Of a stretch of 64,000 nucleotides of DNA, positions 10,676-23,073 are shown piece by piece (the stretch's first letter is position 1; each line of letters starts with the position of its first letter). This DNA comes from Vicugna vicugna (taxonomy: Eukaryota): assembly GCA_013265495.1 (NCBI GenBank), contig MU057809.1, forward strand, positions 1,851,062-1,915,061. Direction: 5' to 3'. The translations under genes were made by a program, and so were the position numbers. Under the pieces are notes generated by a model that worked only from the letters and a program-made list of their open reading frames with translations, was not told where the DNA came from and did not search any database.

Positions 10676-13600
10676 GACTTCCTGTTCTGCCAAGAGGAAG
10701 CAATCTCATTCCTCCCAGCTCTATCCTCTTATAGCTTAAAATCCTTGGAGATAATGCAATAAATAAACATAAGAAGACTGAAAGGTGGAAAGAAGGTGGT
10801 GGACAGTCTAGGAACCTGCTGACTTGAGAAACAAGAAGAAGGTGAGTTCCTTGGGTTTCCTTATTCTTTCTAGTATGTCCCTGAGCAGGGTGCTGCAGAA
10901 GCCTGAAACCGTGAACAGCGAATGGGCATAGGGAAAGAAAAGCTCCAAGAAAAGCCTGTTCCTTCTAGCCAAAGGGTAGGGGAAAGGTTGGTCTAAGAAA
11001 AACTTTGTCAGTACTCATCCTGCTCCAGTTAAACACCAAGGGACTCCCTCTACCTACACAGATTTTCAGCAGGAGTGAGCAAGGAGTTGACTTTCTACTC
11101 CCTTCCTCCCACCTCCCTTGAAAGTAGGCAGCATGCTCCAGTACCCTGCCTGTTGATTGGCAGTATCCCTGAGCAGGGAACTAATCTTCCATTCTCTGCC
11201 TGGCAGAAGGAGTTGGTATCAATAGAGCCAACCAGCTGCAATGAGATTTAACTAGGTGGTGCAAGTAGGGGCTGATTTCCACTAGGGTTGATGTGTTCTC
11301 CACTTATCCCCCAGAAGTCTTCAATGGGGAGCTGAACATCCATACCCACTGGCATCAAAAAGGTAGAATGAAGAATGCAGGGCTAGTTGGCACTCCACTT
11401 ACCCCCTTTCCTTCTCTTGTATGAAGGGGCTCATTTGGGTGCAACAGTTTTGCAGCAACAAAGTGGCGTGACTTAACCCTTGGGTTTCTTTTCCCTAGTA
11501 GGAGCTCAGCCCAAGGGGAAGTTGATCATTTTACATGAAAGCAACAAAAGCGGTGAATTGCAGCCACCCTTTTGCCAGGAACGTGTCAGGAAGCTGAACT
11601 TCCACCCTACTTGTCTACAACAAGACGGAGTGAATCAAAGCCTTGCTTTTGTCTGGGTATTGGCTTGGGGAAAGGTCTAGTGTGTACCTGAATATGTATA
11701 TGGGCCCATCTCTGGCATTACACCTCGACAGGGGGCCTACTAAAAGATTAAGTAGGTTCTAGGGTTTCTTAACAAAAATGTACAGGATACAACTAAACAA
11801 TCACTCATCATACCAAGAACCAGGAAGATCATGAATGAGAAAACAAAAAACCAGTGCCAGCATTGAGATTTATCTGACAGCTATCTGAAAGCAGCCGTGA
11901 TAAAAATGTTTTAGCAAGCTATTACAAATTCTCTTGCAAGAAATAAAAACAGTAGAAAATCCCAGCAAAGAAATACAATTTGTTAAAAAAAAAAGAGCCA
12001 AAAAGAAGTTATAGAGCTAAAAAGTTAATTAAAAAGTGAGTACTGAATGGACTCAGTAGTACATATGACAGAGAGTACAATCAGTGAACTTGAAGATAAA
12101 TCAATAGAATTTATCTAGTGTGAACAGCAGAGAAAATAGAATAGAAAAAGTCTCTCTGATTTGTGGGGCAATAAGAGTTAATATTCATGTCAACACAGTC
12201 CCAATGAGAAAGGAGAGAATGAGACCAAAAATATTTGAAGAAATATCAGAAAACTCCTCAAATTTGGTGATATACGTAAATTTACAGATTCAAGAAGCTG
12301 AATGAATCCCCAACAGGATAAACCCAAAGAAATCTATACCAACACACATCATGTTTAAACTTCTGCACACTAAAGACAAAAGAAAATTATTGAAAGTAGC
12401 CAGAGATAAGTAACACATTACTTGTAGGGGAAAACCAATCAAATGAGAGGCATTTTCTCATTTGGAACCAAAGAGAACAGAAGTAAGTGACACAATATTT
12501 TTTAAGTACTAAAAGAAAAGAACTGTCAACCACAAATTCTATATGAAACAGTCACAGCAAAAAATCCTTCAGGAGTGAAAGGGAAAGGAAATTTTTCTTA
12601 GATAAAGGAAAAACTAAGATAATTTACTGCTAGCAAACATACCCTTCAAGATGTAAGTAGAGGAAGTTCTCTATGTGGAAAGGAAATGGTAACAGAAGGA
12701 GGCTTGGAATTTCAGAAAGGAAAGGACAGCTCTGGAATGGGTAAGTACAACAGATTATGCTGATGAGCTTCTTAAGTCATATTTTATAGTTGAAGCAAAA
12801 GCCATAACACAATATGATGTGATGTAAATGTATATAGAGGAAATACCTAAGATAATTATACTTAAAAAGTGGAGAGGAAAGAGAGACCTAAGTGGAAGTA
12901 AGTTTTCTATACTTGAAGTGCTAAAATATTGATACCAGTAGAGTGTGGTAAGTTACCTATGCATATTGTAATCTTCAGAGCAGCTGCAAAAAAAAAAAAA
13001 ACTGTACAAAGCGATATACTCAAAACACTGAACAAATTAAGATGGAATTCTAAAAATGTTTACATAGCTCATAGGTAAAAAAAGGAGAAACAGGAAACAA
13101 ATGGCAGACTTAAGGCCTATCATATGTATAATTAAATGGTGGATGGTCTTAATATACCAATTAGAGGACAGAGATTGGCAGAGTGGATAAGAAAATATCC
13201 AAAATTATGCTGTTTATAAGAAAGTCACTTCATAAAAGATGACATAAGTAGGATGAAAGTAAAGGAAGGAAAAAGAGTATCATAAAAACATAAACTTTAA
13301 AAACTGGCCATATTAATATCAGAAAATAAATTTCAGAGCAAAGAAAATTACTAGAGACAGAGATACAGGATAAAGGGATCAGTCCATTAGGAAAGCTTAA
13401 TGATACCAAGTGTGTACATAGCAAGGAAAAGAGCCTCAAAGTATATGAAGGAAAAATGAATAGAGCTGAAAGGAGAACTCTTACGTTCTATACATGTGTA
13501 AATATATAAAGGTGGAGCCTTTAACACACCATTCTCAACAAGTGATAGAAGTACTAGATAGGAAATTGACAGCAGGAAAATCTCTCAACACTTGAAAATT

Positions 13601-16600
13601 AAACACATTTATAAATAATCCATGGTGGAAAGGAAAATCTCAGATGTTAAAAATTGAATGAAAATACAGTTTATCAAATTTGTGGGATGTAACTTAAAGC
13701 AGTGCTGAGAGGGCAGTGAAGCACTGAATGATTGTGTTTGAAAAGATAAAAGGTGTAAAATCAATTAAGCTCCTACCTCAAGAAACTACAAAAGAGTAAA
13801 ATAAACCTAAAACCAGAAGGAAGGAAATAATAAAGAATAGAAGTCAATGAAATTGAAAATAGCAAAATAAGAGAAAAAATGAATGAGATAAAAAGCTTGT
13901 TCTTTGAAAATATCAATAAAATTGATAAACTTCTAGCAAGACTAACAAAAAGGGAGAAGAAAACAATCACAATTAATCAGGAATGAAGCAGAAGAGGCTA
14001 TCACTACTGATCTTTCAAGTTAAAAGAATAGGATAATGCTATAAACAACTTTGTGCTCATAAATTCAGCCATTTAGAGGAAATGAATAAATTTTCAAAAA
14101 CTAAAACCTACCAAAGCTCAACCAAGATGGAATAGACAACCTGAATTACTAGTATAGCTGTGAGAGAAATTTGACTCTTCATTAATAAGTTCCTGAAAAA
14201 GAAATCTCCAGGTCCAAATGGTTTCACTGGAGATAGCAAACAACATTTAAAGAACTAATACCAATTTTATGCAATCTTTTCCAGAAAATAAGAGAAGACT
14301 TACAGACTTGTTTTATGAGGCTAGTATTACCCTGATGGCAAAACCAGATAAAGACAACAGAAAATTAGAACTCTACAGCCCAGTATCTTTCATGAACTTT
14401 TATAAAATATTAGCAAATCTCATAATATATATATATAAAAATTTAACGTGACCAAGTAGGATTTATTCCAGGCATGCAAGGCTGATTCGAAATTTGAAAA
14501 TCTTTTGATGTAACATATCAACAAGCTAAAGAAGAAAAATCTTATAATCAATGATTTGACCCAGAAAAAGCATTTGACAAAATCCAGGATTCATGATTAA
14601 AAACTCAGAAAACTAAGAATAGACGAGAACTTCCTCAACTAAATAAAAGCATCTACCAAAAACCTCCAGCTAAGAGTACACTTAATAGAGATGGAGTACT
14701 TCCCCTCCAAGGGTGGGAAGGAGCCAGGATCTGTGTTTTTATCATTCCTGCTCAAGATAGTACTGCATGTTCTACCCACTACAGTAAAGCAAGAACAAGA
14801 ATTAAAACTGTCCCTATTTGCAGATTATATCATTTTCATAGAAAATCCTGTGGAATCTAGAAAACTCCTTGAATTAATAAGTGAGCTCAACACAGTTGCT
14901 CCATACAAGAACAACACACAAAAAATCAATCACATTACTATATATTATTTATTAACAAGGAATATGTGAAACTGAAATTTAAAAATGCAGTACTATTTAC
15001 AATTGATCCCCCCAAAATATGAAACATTTAGGTAATAAATTTCAACATGTATAGAATCTTTGTACTGAAAATGACAAAATGCTAATGAAGATGTCCATAA
15101 ATGTTGACACATACTGTGTTCATTTATTAGAAGACTGAATATAGTAAATGTTAATTCTCCCAAATTGACACATTGATATAACACAATTCCTATAATAATC
15201 CCAGCAAGTTTTTTTGTAGACACAGGAGGTTATTCAAAAATTTATAGGCACAGGCCCCAGAACAGCTAAAATCATCTTGAAAAAAAATAAAGTGGTTGGA
15301 ATCATTCTTACCGAAATTAAAGCCTTCCCTGTACCTGTGGTAATCAAGATGGTATGGTATGGGCAGAGTATAGATGCATAGACCAGTTGAATGGAGTAGA
15401 GAACCAAGAAATTGACTCATGTAAATATACCCAGCTAATTCTCGATAAAGATGCACAAGCAATTCAGTGAAGGAGGACAACCTTTTCAGCAAATGGTGCT
15501 GATGCAGTTTGATGTCTATAGGCAAAACAATGGACCTTGATATAAACTTCAGTGGGGAGAGTGTAGCTCAAGTGGTAGAGCACTTGCTTAGCATGCCCAA
15601 GGCCCTGTGTTCAACTCCAGTATTTCCTCTAAACATAAATAGAATTAATTACCTACCCAAAATAAAATAAACTTTATACCTTATGCAAAATTAACTCATA
15701 ACACATTTAAATGTAAAATGTAAAATTAAAAAATGTAAGGAAAAAGATAGAAAGTCATCAGGATCTAGGACTAGGCAATGAGTTCTTAGTCTTAGCTCCA
15801 AAAGCACAATTCACAAAAGGAAAAATTGATAAAAATTAAATTTAAAAACTTTTACTTGCAAGAAGACCGCATTAAGAGAATGAAAAGACAGACTATAGAC
15901 TGGTAGAAAATATTTGTGACCAACCTATCTGATAGAAGACTAGTATCTACAATGTAAAAGAACTTTCAAGATTCAATAGTTAAAAAAAGTTCAGAAGGAC
16001 AGACGACATCAGCATGTATTTCACTGATGAGGACACATAAATGGAAAATAAGCATAGAAAAAAAAACATTAAACATTATTAGCCATTAGGCAATGAAAAT
16101 GAAAGCCACAAGGAGAAACACCACTGCTAAATGCTAAAATTAAAAATAGTGAAAACACCAAATTCTGGTGAGGATGCAGAGAAGTACCATCACTTGTACA
16201 TGGCTTGTGGAATTGTAAAATGGTGTAGCCACTCTAGAAAACAGATCAGCAGTTTCTTATAAGTGCGGCTACCATAGGACCTGGCAGTTGCATTCCTGGA
16301 TATTTATCCCAAAGAAATGAGAGCAGTCATGTAAGAACCTGTATATGGTGTTCATAGAAACTTTGTTTGTAATACCCCCAAGCTGGAAACAACCCGAATG
16401 TCCTTCAGTGGGTGAATGATTCAACTGGAGCACATCTGTATCATCACTGCTTTTCACAGTGAAAAGGAACGAAGTATTGACACATACAGTGTAGTGAATC
16501 TCCGCATTGAATGTAAAAAAAAAAAACTACACGAGGAGTTTATATACTATGTGATTCTATTCATGTAATTGTGAAATGACAAACTCTAAAAGTGGAGAAC

Positions 16601-16848
16601 TGGTTAGTGGTTTCCAGTGGTTAAAAACATATGAGGTTGTGGTATGGCTTCAACAAGGCAGCACGAGGGATCCTTGTGATGATGGAAATGTTCTGTATGT
16701 ATCTTTATTGTAACAAGCTGTATGTAGTATTGTACCTTAGTTATTCAAGATGTTGCCATTGTAGGAGAAGTTGGTGAAGAGTGAATGGGATCTCTGTATT
16801 ATTTCTTACAATTGCATGTGAATCTACAATTAAAATAAAAAATTTTAA
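10676..16848 (+). mobile_element. Near full-length but decayed L1MC-type LINE-1 (5' UTR, ORF1, ORF2, 3' UTR)
   Basis: ORF1 remnants at about 11870-12650 (KIFEEISENSSNL..NLQIQEAE); ORF2 remnants at about 13100-16400 ([31 protein letters not shown] motif); 3' end gatctctgtattatttcttacaattgcatgtgaatctacaattaaaataaaaa. Confidence 0.9.
15554..15670 (+). mobile_element. tRNA-Ala-derived SINE (camelid Vic-1 type) inserted in L1
   Basis: ggggagagtgtagctcaagtggtagagcacttgcttagcatgc...gttcaactccag (A and B boxes, AGC anticodon arm), followed by an A-rich tail; flanking ataaactt repeat. Confidence 0.88.
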
Positions 16849-16849
16849 G

Positions 16850-19800
16850 AATGTGAATGGACTGAATTCTTTCAGAAGACAAGATTAGAAACTGACTTAA
16901 AACATAAACTGGATTATAAGTAACACTTTAATCCAGTTGTAAAAGAGAAGATGAAAACAGAGAGATGAGGAAAAATATATGGACAAGAAGAAAATAGGAA
17001 TGGCAATACTGAGCCCAAGTCAGCTGCATGGTTGAAAGCACTAAACGTCATTACCAGGAACATGCATTGGTAAGAGGCAGCACTTGCGAAGATGCATAGA
17101 CGTCAGATCACACAGCAGCATGTCAGAAAACTAGAAATGCATGTAAATTTTAATAAAAAATTGTTTGGTCAAAAAGCAATCAAAGGAATATCTCCTACCA
17201 AAGCCTATAGAGCACGATTAAAACCATACACCAGGGAAAATGTATAGAATCACATGTCTTCAGTATTAACACGAAGTAAAAAGTAAAGAAATAACCCCAA
17301 ACCTGTGTATCCAGTTAAAAAAGAAACTAAAAAATCGTGATAAAATACACATAAGATGAAAGTCACTGTCTTAACTTTTTTTAAATGTACAGTTCAGTAG
17401 TTAGTACATTCACATTGCTGAGCAACCAATTTCTAGAACTCCTTTCGTCTTATAAAACAAACTGTATATCTATTAAATAACTTCCATTTCCCCTTTTCCC
17501 CAGCCCCTGGAAACCACTGTTTACTTTTCTGTCTCCATGAACTTGACTACTCTAGATGCCTTATTTAAGTGGAATCATACAGTGCTTAGCTTTTTGTGAC
17601 TGGCTTACCTCATTTAGTGAAATGTGCTCAAGGTTCATTCATGTAATAGCATGTGTCAGTATTTCTGTTCTTTTTCATGCTGAATAATATTCTGTTGTGT
17701 GAAATATATATTTTGTGTATCCATTCATCCATTGATGGGCACTTGGATTGTGGCTGTTGTGAATAATGCTGAGAACATGGGTGTTCAAATATCTCTTCAA
17801 GATTCTACTTTCAGTTCTTTTCTGGAATTCTTTTAATTCTGGATGTGGAATTGTTGGATCATAAAAATTCTATGTTTAACTTTTTGAGGAATCTCTGTGC
17901 CATTTTCCATCGTGGCTGCACCACTTTACATTTCTACCAGCAGTGGTGCGTAAGGGCTCCAGTATCCACGTCCTTGTCAACACTTGTTTTCTGTTTTTAG
18001 TTTTGATAGTGGCCATCCTGATAGGTATGGGATGTCAGCTCATTGTAATTTTCATTTGCATTTCCTCAGTGATTAATAATGTTGAGCTTCTTTTCATGTG
18101 CTTATTGACTCTTTTTATCTCTTCTTTGAAGAAATGTCTGTTCCAGTCCTTTGCTACATAGCCAGTTTTAAGCAGTTAGAACAACATGAACATATAAACA
18201 AACCTGGAAGAAGGAATAAAGTTAAAATCTATGAAATAGAAAAGGTAAAGTAGAAAAGATACATAATTATAAAACTCAGTTCTTTGGAAAGACTAACAAA
18301 ATGGAGAAATAGGTAACTCCCTCATGACACTGATGAAGAAAAAGTAAAATTAGTCATTGTTGGAAACAGAAAAAAGATGCAACCACAGAACAGAAGAGTG
18401 TAAAAGAATTATTAAGAGAACACTACAAGAAGTCTATGGTGACAAAAAATTAAGAATGATTTGAAAATTAAGAGGAATCATTTTCTGGCTAATTATAAAT
18501 TATCAAAATCAGCCTAAAGTGGGAAACTTGAATATACCTATCACTACAGATTTGATAAAAAAAGATTTGAAAGTGTATCTGGAAGAATAAATGCCTGAAC
18601 ATCACCAAGAACAGTATTAAAAGGATTGAATTTGACCTGCCGTACATAAAGCTATGTGTTTTAATCAGTGTGGTATTAGTGCTGGAATAGTTAAACAGGT
18701 CAGCAGAACAAAAGAGAAGTTTAGATTCCAGCATATATGAGAATTTAAAATGTATCAAAGGTAGTACATCAAGTCAGTGGGAAAGGGGTGAATGAAAAGT
18801 GGTGCTGTTCCAAACGGCTACCCATCTGAAAGAAAAAAAATTACACTTTAATATATACAATTATATCTGTAAATAATATAAAAATACTCATTTATGAACA
18901 AATTCCAGATTAAAGACTTCAGTGTAGAAAAGAATTATATAGGATGATCTCAGTGACATATGTTTAAAATAGGGGTTAGGGAGATCTTTTAAAATCAAGA
19001 TTGGAAACTCAGAACTTAAGAGGCAGCACATTTGATGATATAAAATCTAAACGTTTTTGTTATAAGATACAAAGGAAACATGATATATTTGGGAAGTGAC
19101 TTGCAATTCAAAAGACAAAGGAATAACATATAATAAAGAACTCTTAGAAATTAACATTATGAAAACACTGATTTAAAAAAACTGGGCAAATATGATTAAT
19201 CAAATAATAGGAGCAGGTGTAAATGGTCACCAAGCATGGAAAGTTACTAAAATTCACTAGTAGTCACTAGTAAACAGAAAAATGCAATATAAAGAGAGAG
19301 AGTTAGGCCAGATAGAATTGAAATCTATAGTATCAGTTGCTGGTGGGGATGTGGAGAAAAGACAGTAATGTGACTTGATACAGCTTTTTGAGAAAGCAGT
19401 CTAGCATTGTCAGTTATTAAAATGGTTCACACACTTACGTACCTCCCAACATACATCACGTACACACCCACTCTAGACTTTATTCCACTCTTGTGACTCT
19501 GTCTCATGGAATAAACTGCCAACATACAAGGTGATGACCATTAGTAATGAATCAACTATGTCAAGATCACTTATAGCCATGGGATAGAAGAAACAGCTTT
19601 ATCAGATGTCTTCGAGGAACTTTCAAGAAGTGTTTAGTGCGAAAATCAAATTGCGAAAAGGTATGTATACCCCGATCCTGTTTTTGTAAAGTGTATAACA
19701 ACAAAACCTCTTCTGTATGTGTATGTATATGATTATATGATGGAGACAAATATAGAGGAATACATATTAAGTTGTTACAAGGGAGGGGATAGAAGGAAGG

Positions 19801-19850
19801 AAAGGGGAGGACCACTAAAACCCCTCAAAATGGTATGTGTGTTACTGCCA
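16850..19850 (+). mobile_element. Very old, degraded L1 (L1ME-type) ORF2/3' region, host of younger insertions
   Basis: aatgtgaatggactgaattc (ORF2 start), gttctttggaaagactaacaaaa, gttgctggtggggatgtggagaaaa; interrupted at 17335-18155. Confidence 0.6.
17335..18155 (-). mobile_element. L1MB-type 3' end
   Basis: aaaatacacataag...aatgtacagttcagtag...cattcacattgctgagcaaccaat...cccagcccctggaaaccac...tgtgactggcttac. Confidence 0.88.
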
Positions 19851-21496
19851 AAGATTGAGTGCCTATATATGATATAATACTGTGCATAATTAGGAAAAAG
19901 AGAACCTGGAAAGACCTGCACAGTGTTTTCCTCATGCAGACCCTTTCTCAGACCATAGTGTTTCTTGGAGATACGGTATCCTCACTTCTGCAGTGTTGGG
20001 CTCAGCCATTTGTTCACGCTCTTTCCTCTGACCAAACACAAAGTCCGTCTTGTTCGTGTTAGACCGTTTTCTTCGTGACACTTCCTTTGGCTGCCCAAGC
20101 GAGGCTATTGAGGACCCTGTGCTCTTTGAACGTTGTTCTTGTGACTCAGGCACAACTTCCCTATGTTCTCCGCAGTGTCTGTCATTAGACGGTTAGCGCC
20201 CTGAGGGTATTTTATAAGCACATATTTATCTCTTTATTTATAATAAAGTCCATCAGTGAGAACTGGATGGCTGCAAATAAAAACAGAATTGAAGATTTAT
20301 GGGTAAATGTATACAAAATGTATGCAATGATATTGGCTCTTGATCCAGTTTTTTTCTGTTTTATTTTTGTCATAAGATACCTGAGAAAATTCTGATTTGA
20401 GTAGTGGCAGTTGTTAATTGCTTTTACGAATAGTTTCTCTTGCAGTTTCAAGATGTGCTTTAGTTGTATTGATATAGAACCTTAAAAGAATTGTGGGAAA
20501 TTTATCCAAGCTGAATAAAAATGTGACAGCTGCTCTTCTTATTATCATAAATAGAAAAGAAAGATCCCTAAATTTGCAACACATGTTAAAACCGCATTAT
20601 GACACTAGAATAGATGGATATTGTGTCTTTGTTGCTGGACTGGATATGGTGGTGTGCTGAGAGCACGTTTCAGTCAGATGTGCCAGAGCCCCGTCTGCTG
20701 TATAATTTAACTTGGCGCACATGTGTGGCAGAAGTGTGCTTGGTAATACAGCTCTGTGAGGGTGAACACAAATTCAGCAGTCTTAAATTGAGAAAATGAG
20801 TGGTGAGCCTTTCTAGTTAATGACATGATTACTGCAGGTCATACATGCCCTTGTACAGTAATGTCAAGAGAAGCTTTATTTCAAGGTCCACACAAGAACA
20901 AATTAAATTGACGACGAAACCTAGTGCTTTGGGGGACTTATGTATGTAAAAATTTGGAGCAGTACCCATGTGATTATGACTGTTGTCCTTTATTACAGAC
21001 CTTAAAATACACTGCAAAAAGCTGAATGTTAAGGAAGCCTTGAAGTTTTGCTGTCGAATGTTGCAGCTCCACGGAATGTAGTTTGGTCACGACTGAGTTT
21101 GGTACATGAAGGGATTAGGAATGGTGTTTAGGGTGTTGAGGATTTTAGTTTTCAGGCGATTTATTGGTTGTGTAGTGAAAGTGTTTGTGCTGATGTAATA
21201 ATCTGTTTCCTGGTTTCTTTAGGACTTGTCTTGTTCCAGATTAATAATACTTTCCCAGTTTAAGTATCTTCACTTCAAAAGAACACACTGATTGAGGGAA
21301 GATACGGGGACATAACATATGTTGAAACAAATGAGAATAAAAGACTGAGCTAATCTCTTAATTCAACATAAATTTATCATAAAATTCCTGTAATTTTTCA
21401 CAAGATCAAATTTTCCTGAAAAACATAAAATTCTATTTAGTGATGTAAATACATTAATTATATTTTACTTATTCCTACAATAAGAGTTGTGATTTG

Positions 21497-21880
21497 GGAT
21501 GGACCTAGAGATTATCATACTAAGTGAAGTAAGTCAGAGAAAGACAAATATATGATATCACTTATGTGTGGAATTTTAAAGAATGGCACAAATGAACTTA
21601 TTTACAGAACAGAGACAGACTCACATACAGAAAACAAGCTTAAGGTTACCAGAGAGGAGAGGAGTGGGGAGAGAAATTAGGAGTTTGGGATTTGCAGATA
21701 CTAACCACTATATATAAAATAAATAACAAAGTCCTGCTGTTTAGCACAGGAAACTATATTCAATATCTTGTAATAGCTTATAATAAAGAATATGGAAAAG
21801 AATATACATATAACTGAATCAATATGCCATACACCAGAAACTAACACAACATTGTAAAACAACTATACTTTAATAAAAAA
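21497..21880 (+). mobile_element. 5'-truncated cetartiodactyl/camelid-type L1 3' end
   Basis: ggatggacctagagattatcatactaagtgaagtaagtcag...acaccagaaactaacacaacattgtaaaacaactatactttaataaaaaa; TSD core tgtgatttg on both sides. Confidence 0.92.
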
Positions 21881-22877
21881 GTGTGATTTGCAGTGCAGAT
21901 TTTTAATTGCAAAACAGTTAACACCATACAGTAACATGAGCTTTCATTTTCCCAGAAAATTCTTGATCTGAAGGTAGGAGTATGGTAATTGCTTATCAGG
22001 GCCTGTGTATATTTCCCCAAACCCAAATTCCAGGATGGGTTCTTAAAAAGATCCATCAGTATGATGTGTTTCCTCTGGTCATGCCTTTCCTCTTGCTGTC
22101 CTATTTCAGTGTTGCCCTGGAGTATCTCCTCCTCAGTAGTAAATGACCTTGTACCATGAAATTTATGAGTTTTTCTCACATTAAATAGCTTCTGGCAATA
22201 ACTTTTTTTAATCCTTCTGTTGGGATGCACATCATCCTGTCTGGATTATGCAGTTTGGGCTCGTGTGACATCAGTGTTCAACCATTCTCGGTTTGTTGAA
22301 GTTACACTACCATCACATACTGTAATTATTCAGTTATTCTCCCTCTCTCTGAGCATGATAACTAAAGCAGTTCTTTTTAGAACAGTCCTATTGTTAGACG
22401 TTTCTGCTGTTTGTTCTCTTGGATAAACTAGTTTGGGTCTAATTTTTAAGATGTGGAGGCTCAGTTTTTCTAAGCTGCTACTTTGAATACCTCATACTCT
22501 TCTTAAAATCTTTCAGGAAGATCCCTGTTGTCTTCAGAATAAAGGACTTGCTGCTTACAGTAAACTTGGTTGTGCCGCACATGTGGGTACCAGTAAGGAG
22601 GTGAGCCCCACCAGTTTGCGGGCTATCCAAGCTCTGGAGCTGCTGGTGTGGTGAGGCATTTCTTCAGTTTCCTCGGGGGCGTCCCATGCGCTAGAGGAGC
22701 TCCAGACAGCTGTTCACGTAAGGCTGTCACCTGGCTTCCGTTTCCTTCGTCGGCCCTACATTATTCTCTCTTCTTCCTGCCAACCCCAGACATGTATCTG
22801 TGGTCCTGTTATAGGAAACTGTTAGAAGTTCTCCAAATGTACTGTGCTCTCTGCTGCCTCTGTAATCACAACTTGAA

Positions 22878-23060
22878 CCGACATTTATTAAACACTTATC
22901 TCAGACCCTTTACACACATTATCTTATTTAATCCTTAAAGCAGGACCGTGAGGTAGGTACCATTATTGCCCTCATTAACTACAACTGAGGAAGTGATTGG
23001 TCTGGGATCATGTGGCTATAAAGTGGTGGAGTCAGGGTTTGAATTCAGGCTGTGGTGATT
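22878..23060 (-). mobile_element. MIR SINE
   Basis: acatttattaaacactta...cattatcttatttaatcct...gtgaggtaggtaccattatt...ggagtcagggtttgaattcagg. Confidence 0.8.
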
Positions 23061-23073
23061 GGATCCAGTTACC

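Noticed and set aside
15554..15626. tRNA-Ala(AGC) genes (also 24172-24246 and 43070-43144)
   Set aside because: The stems are degenerate, the copies share an A-rich SINE tail, and all three are inserted into L1 elements, so they are SINE copies.
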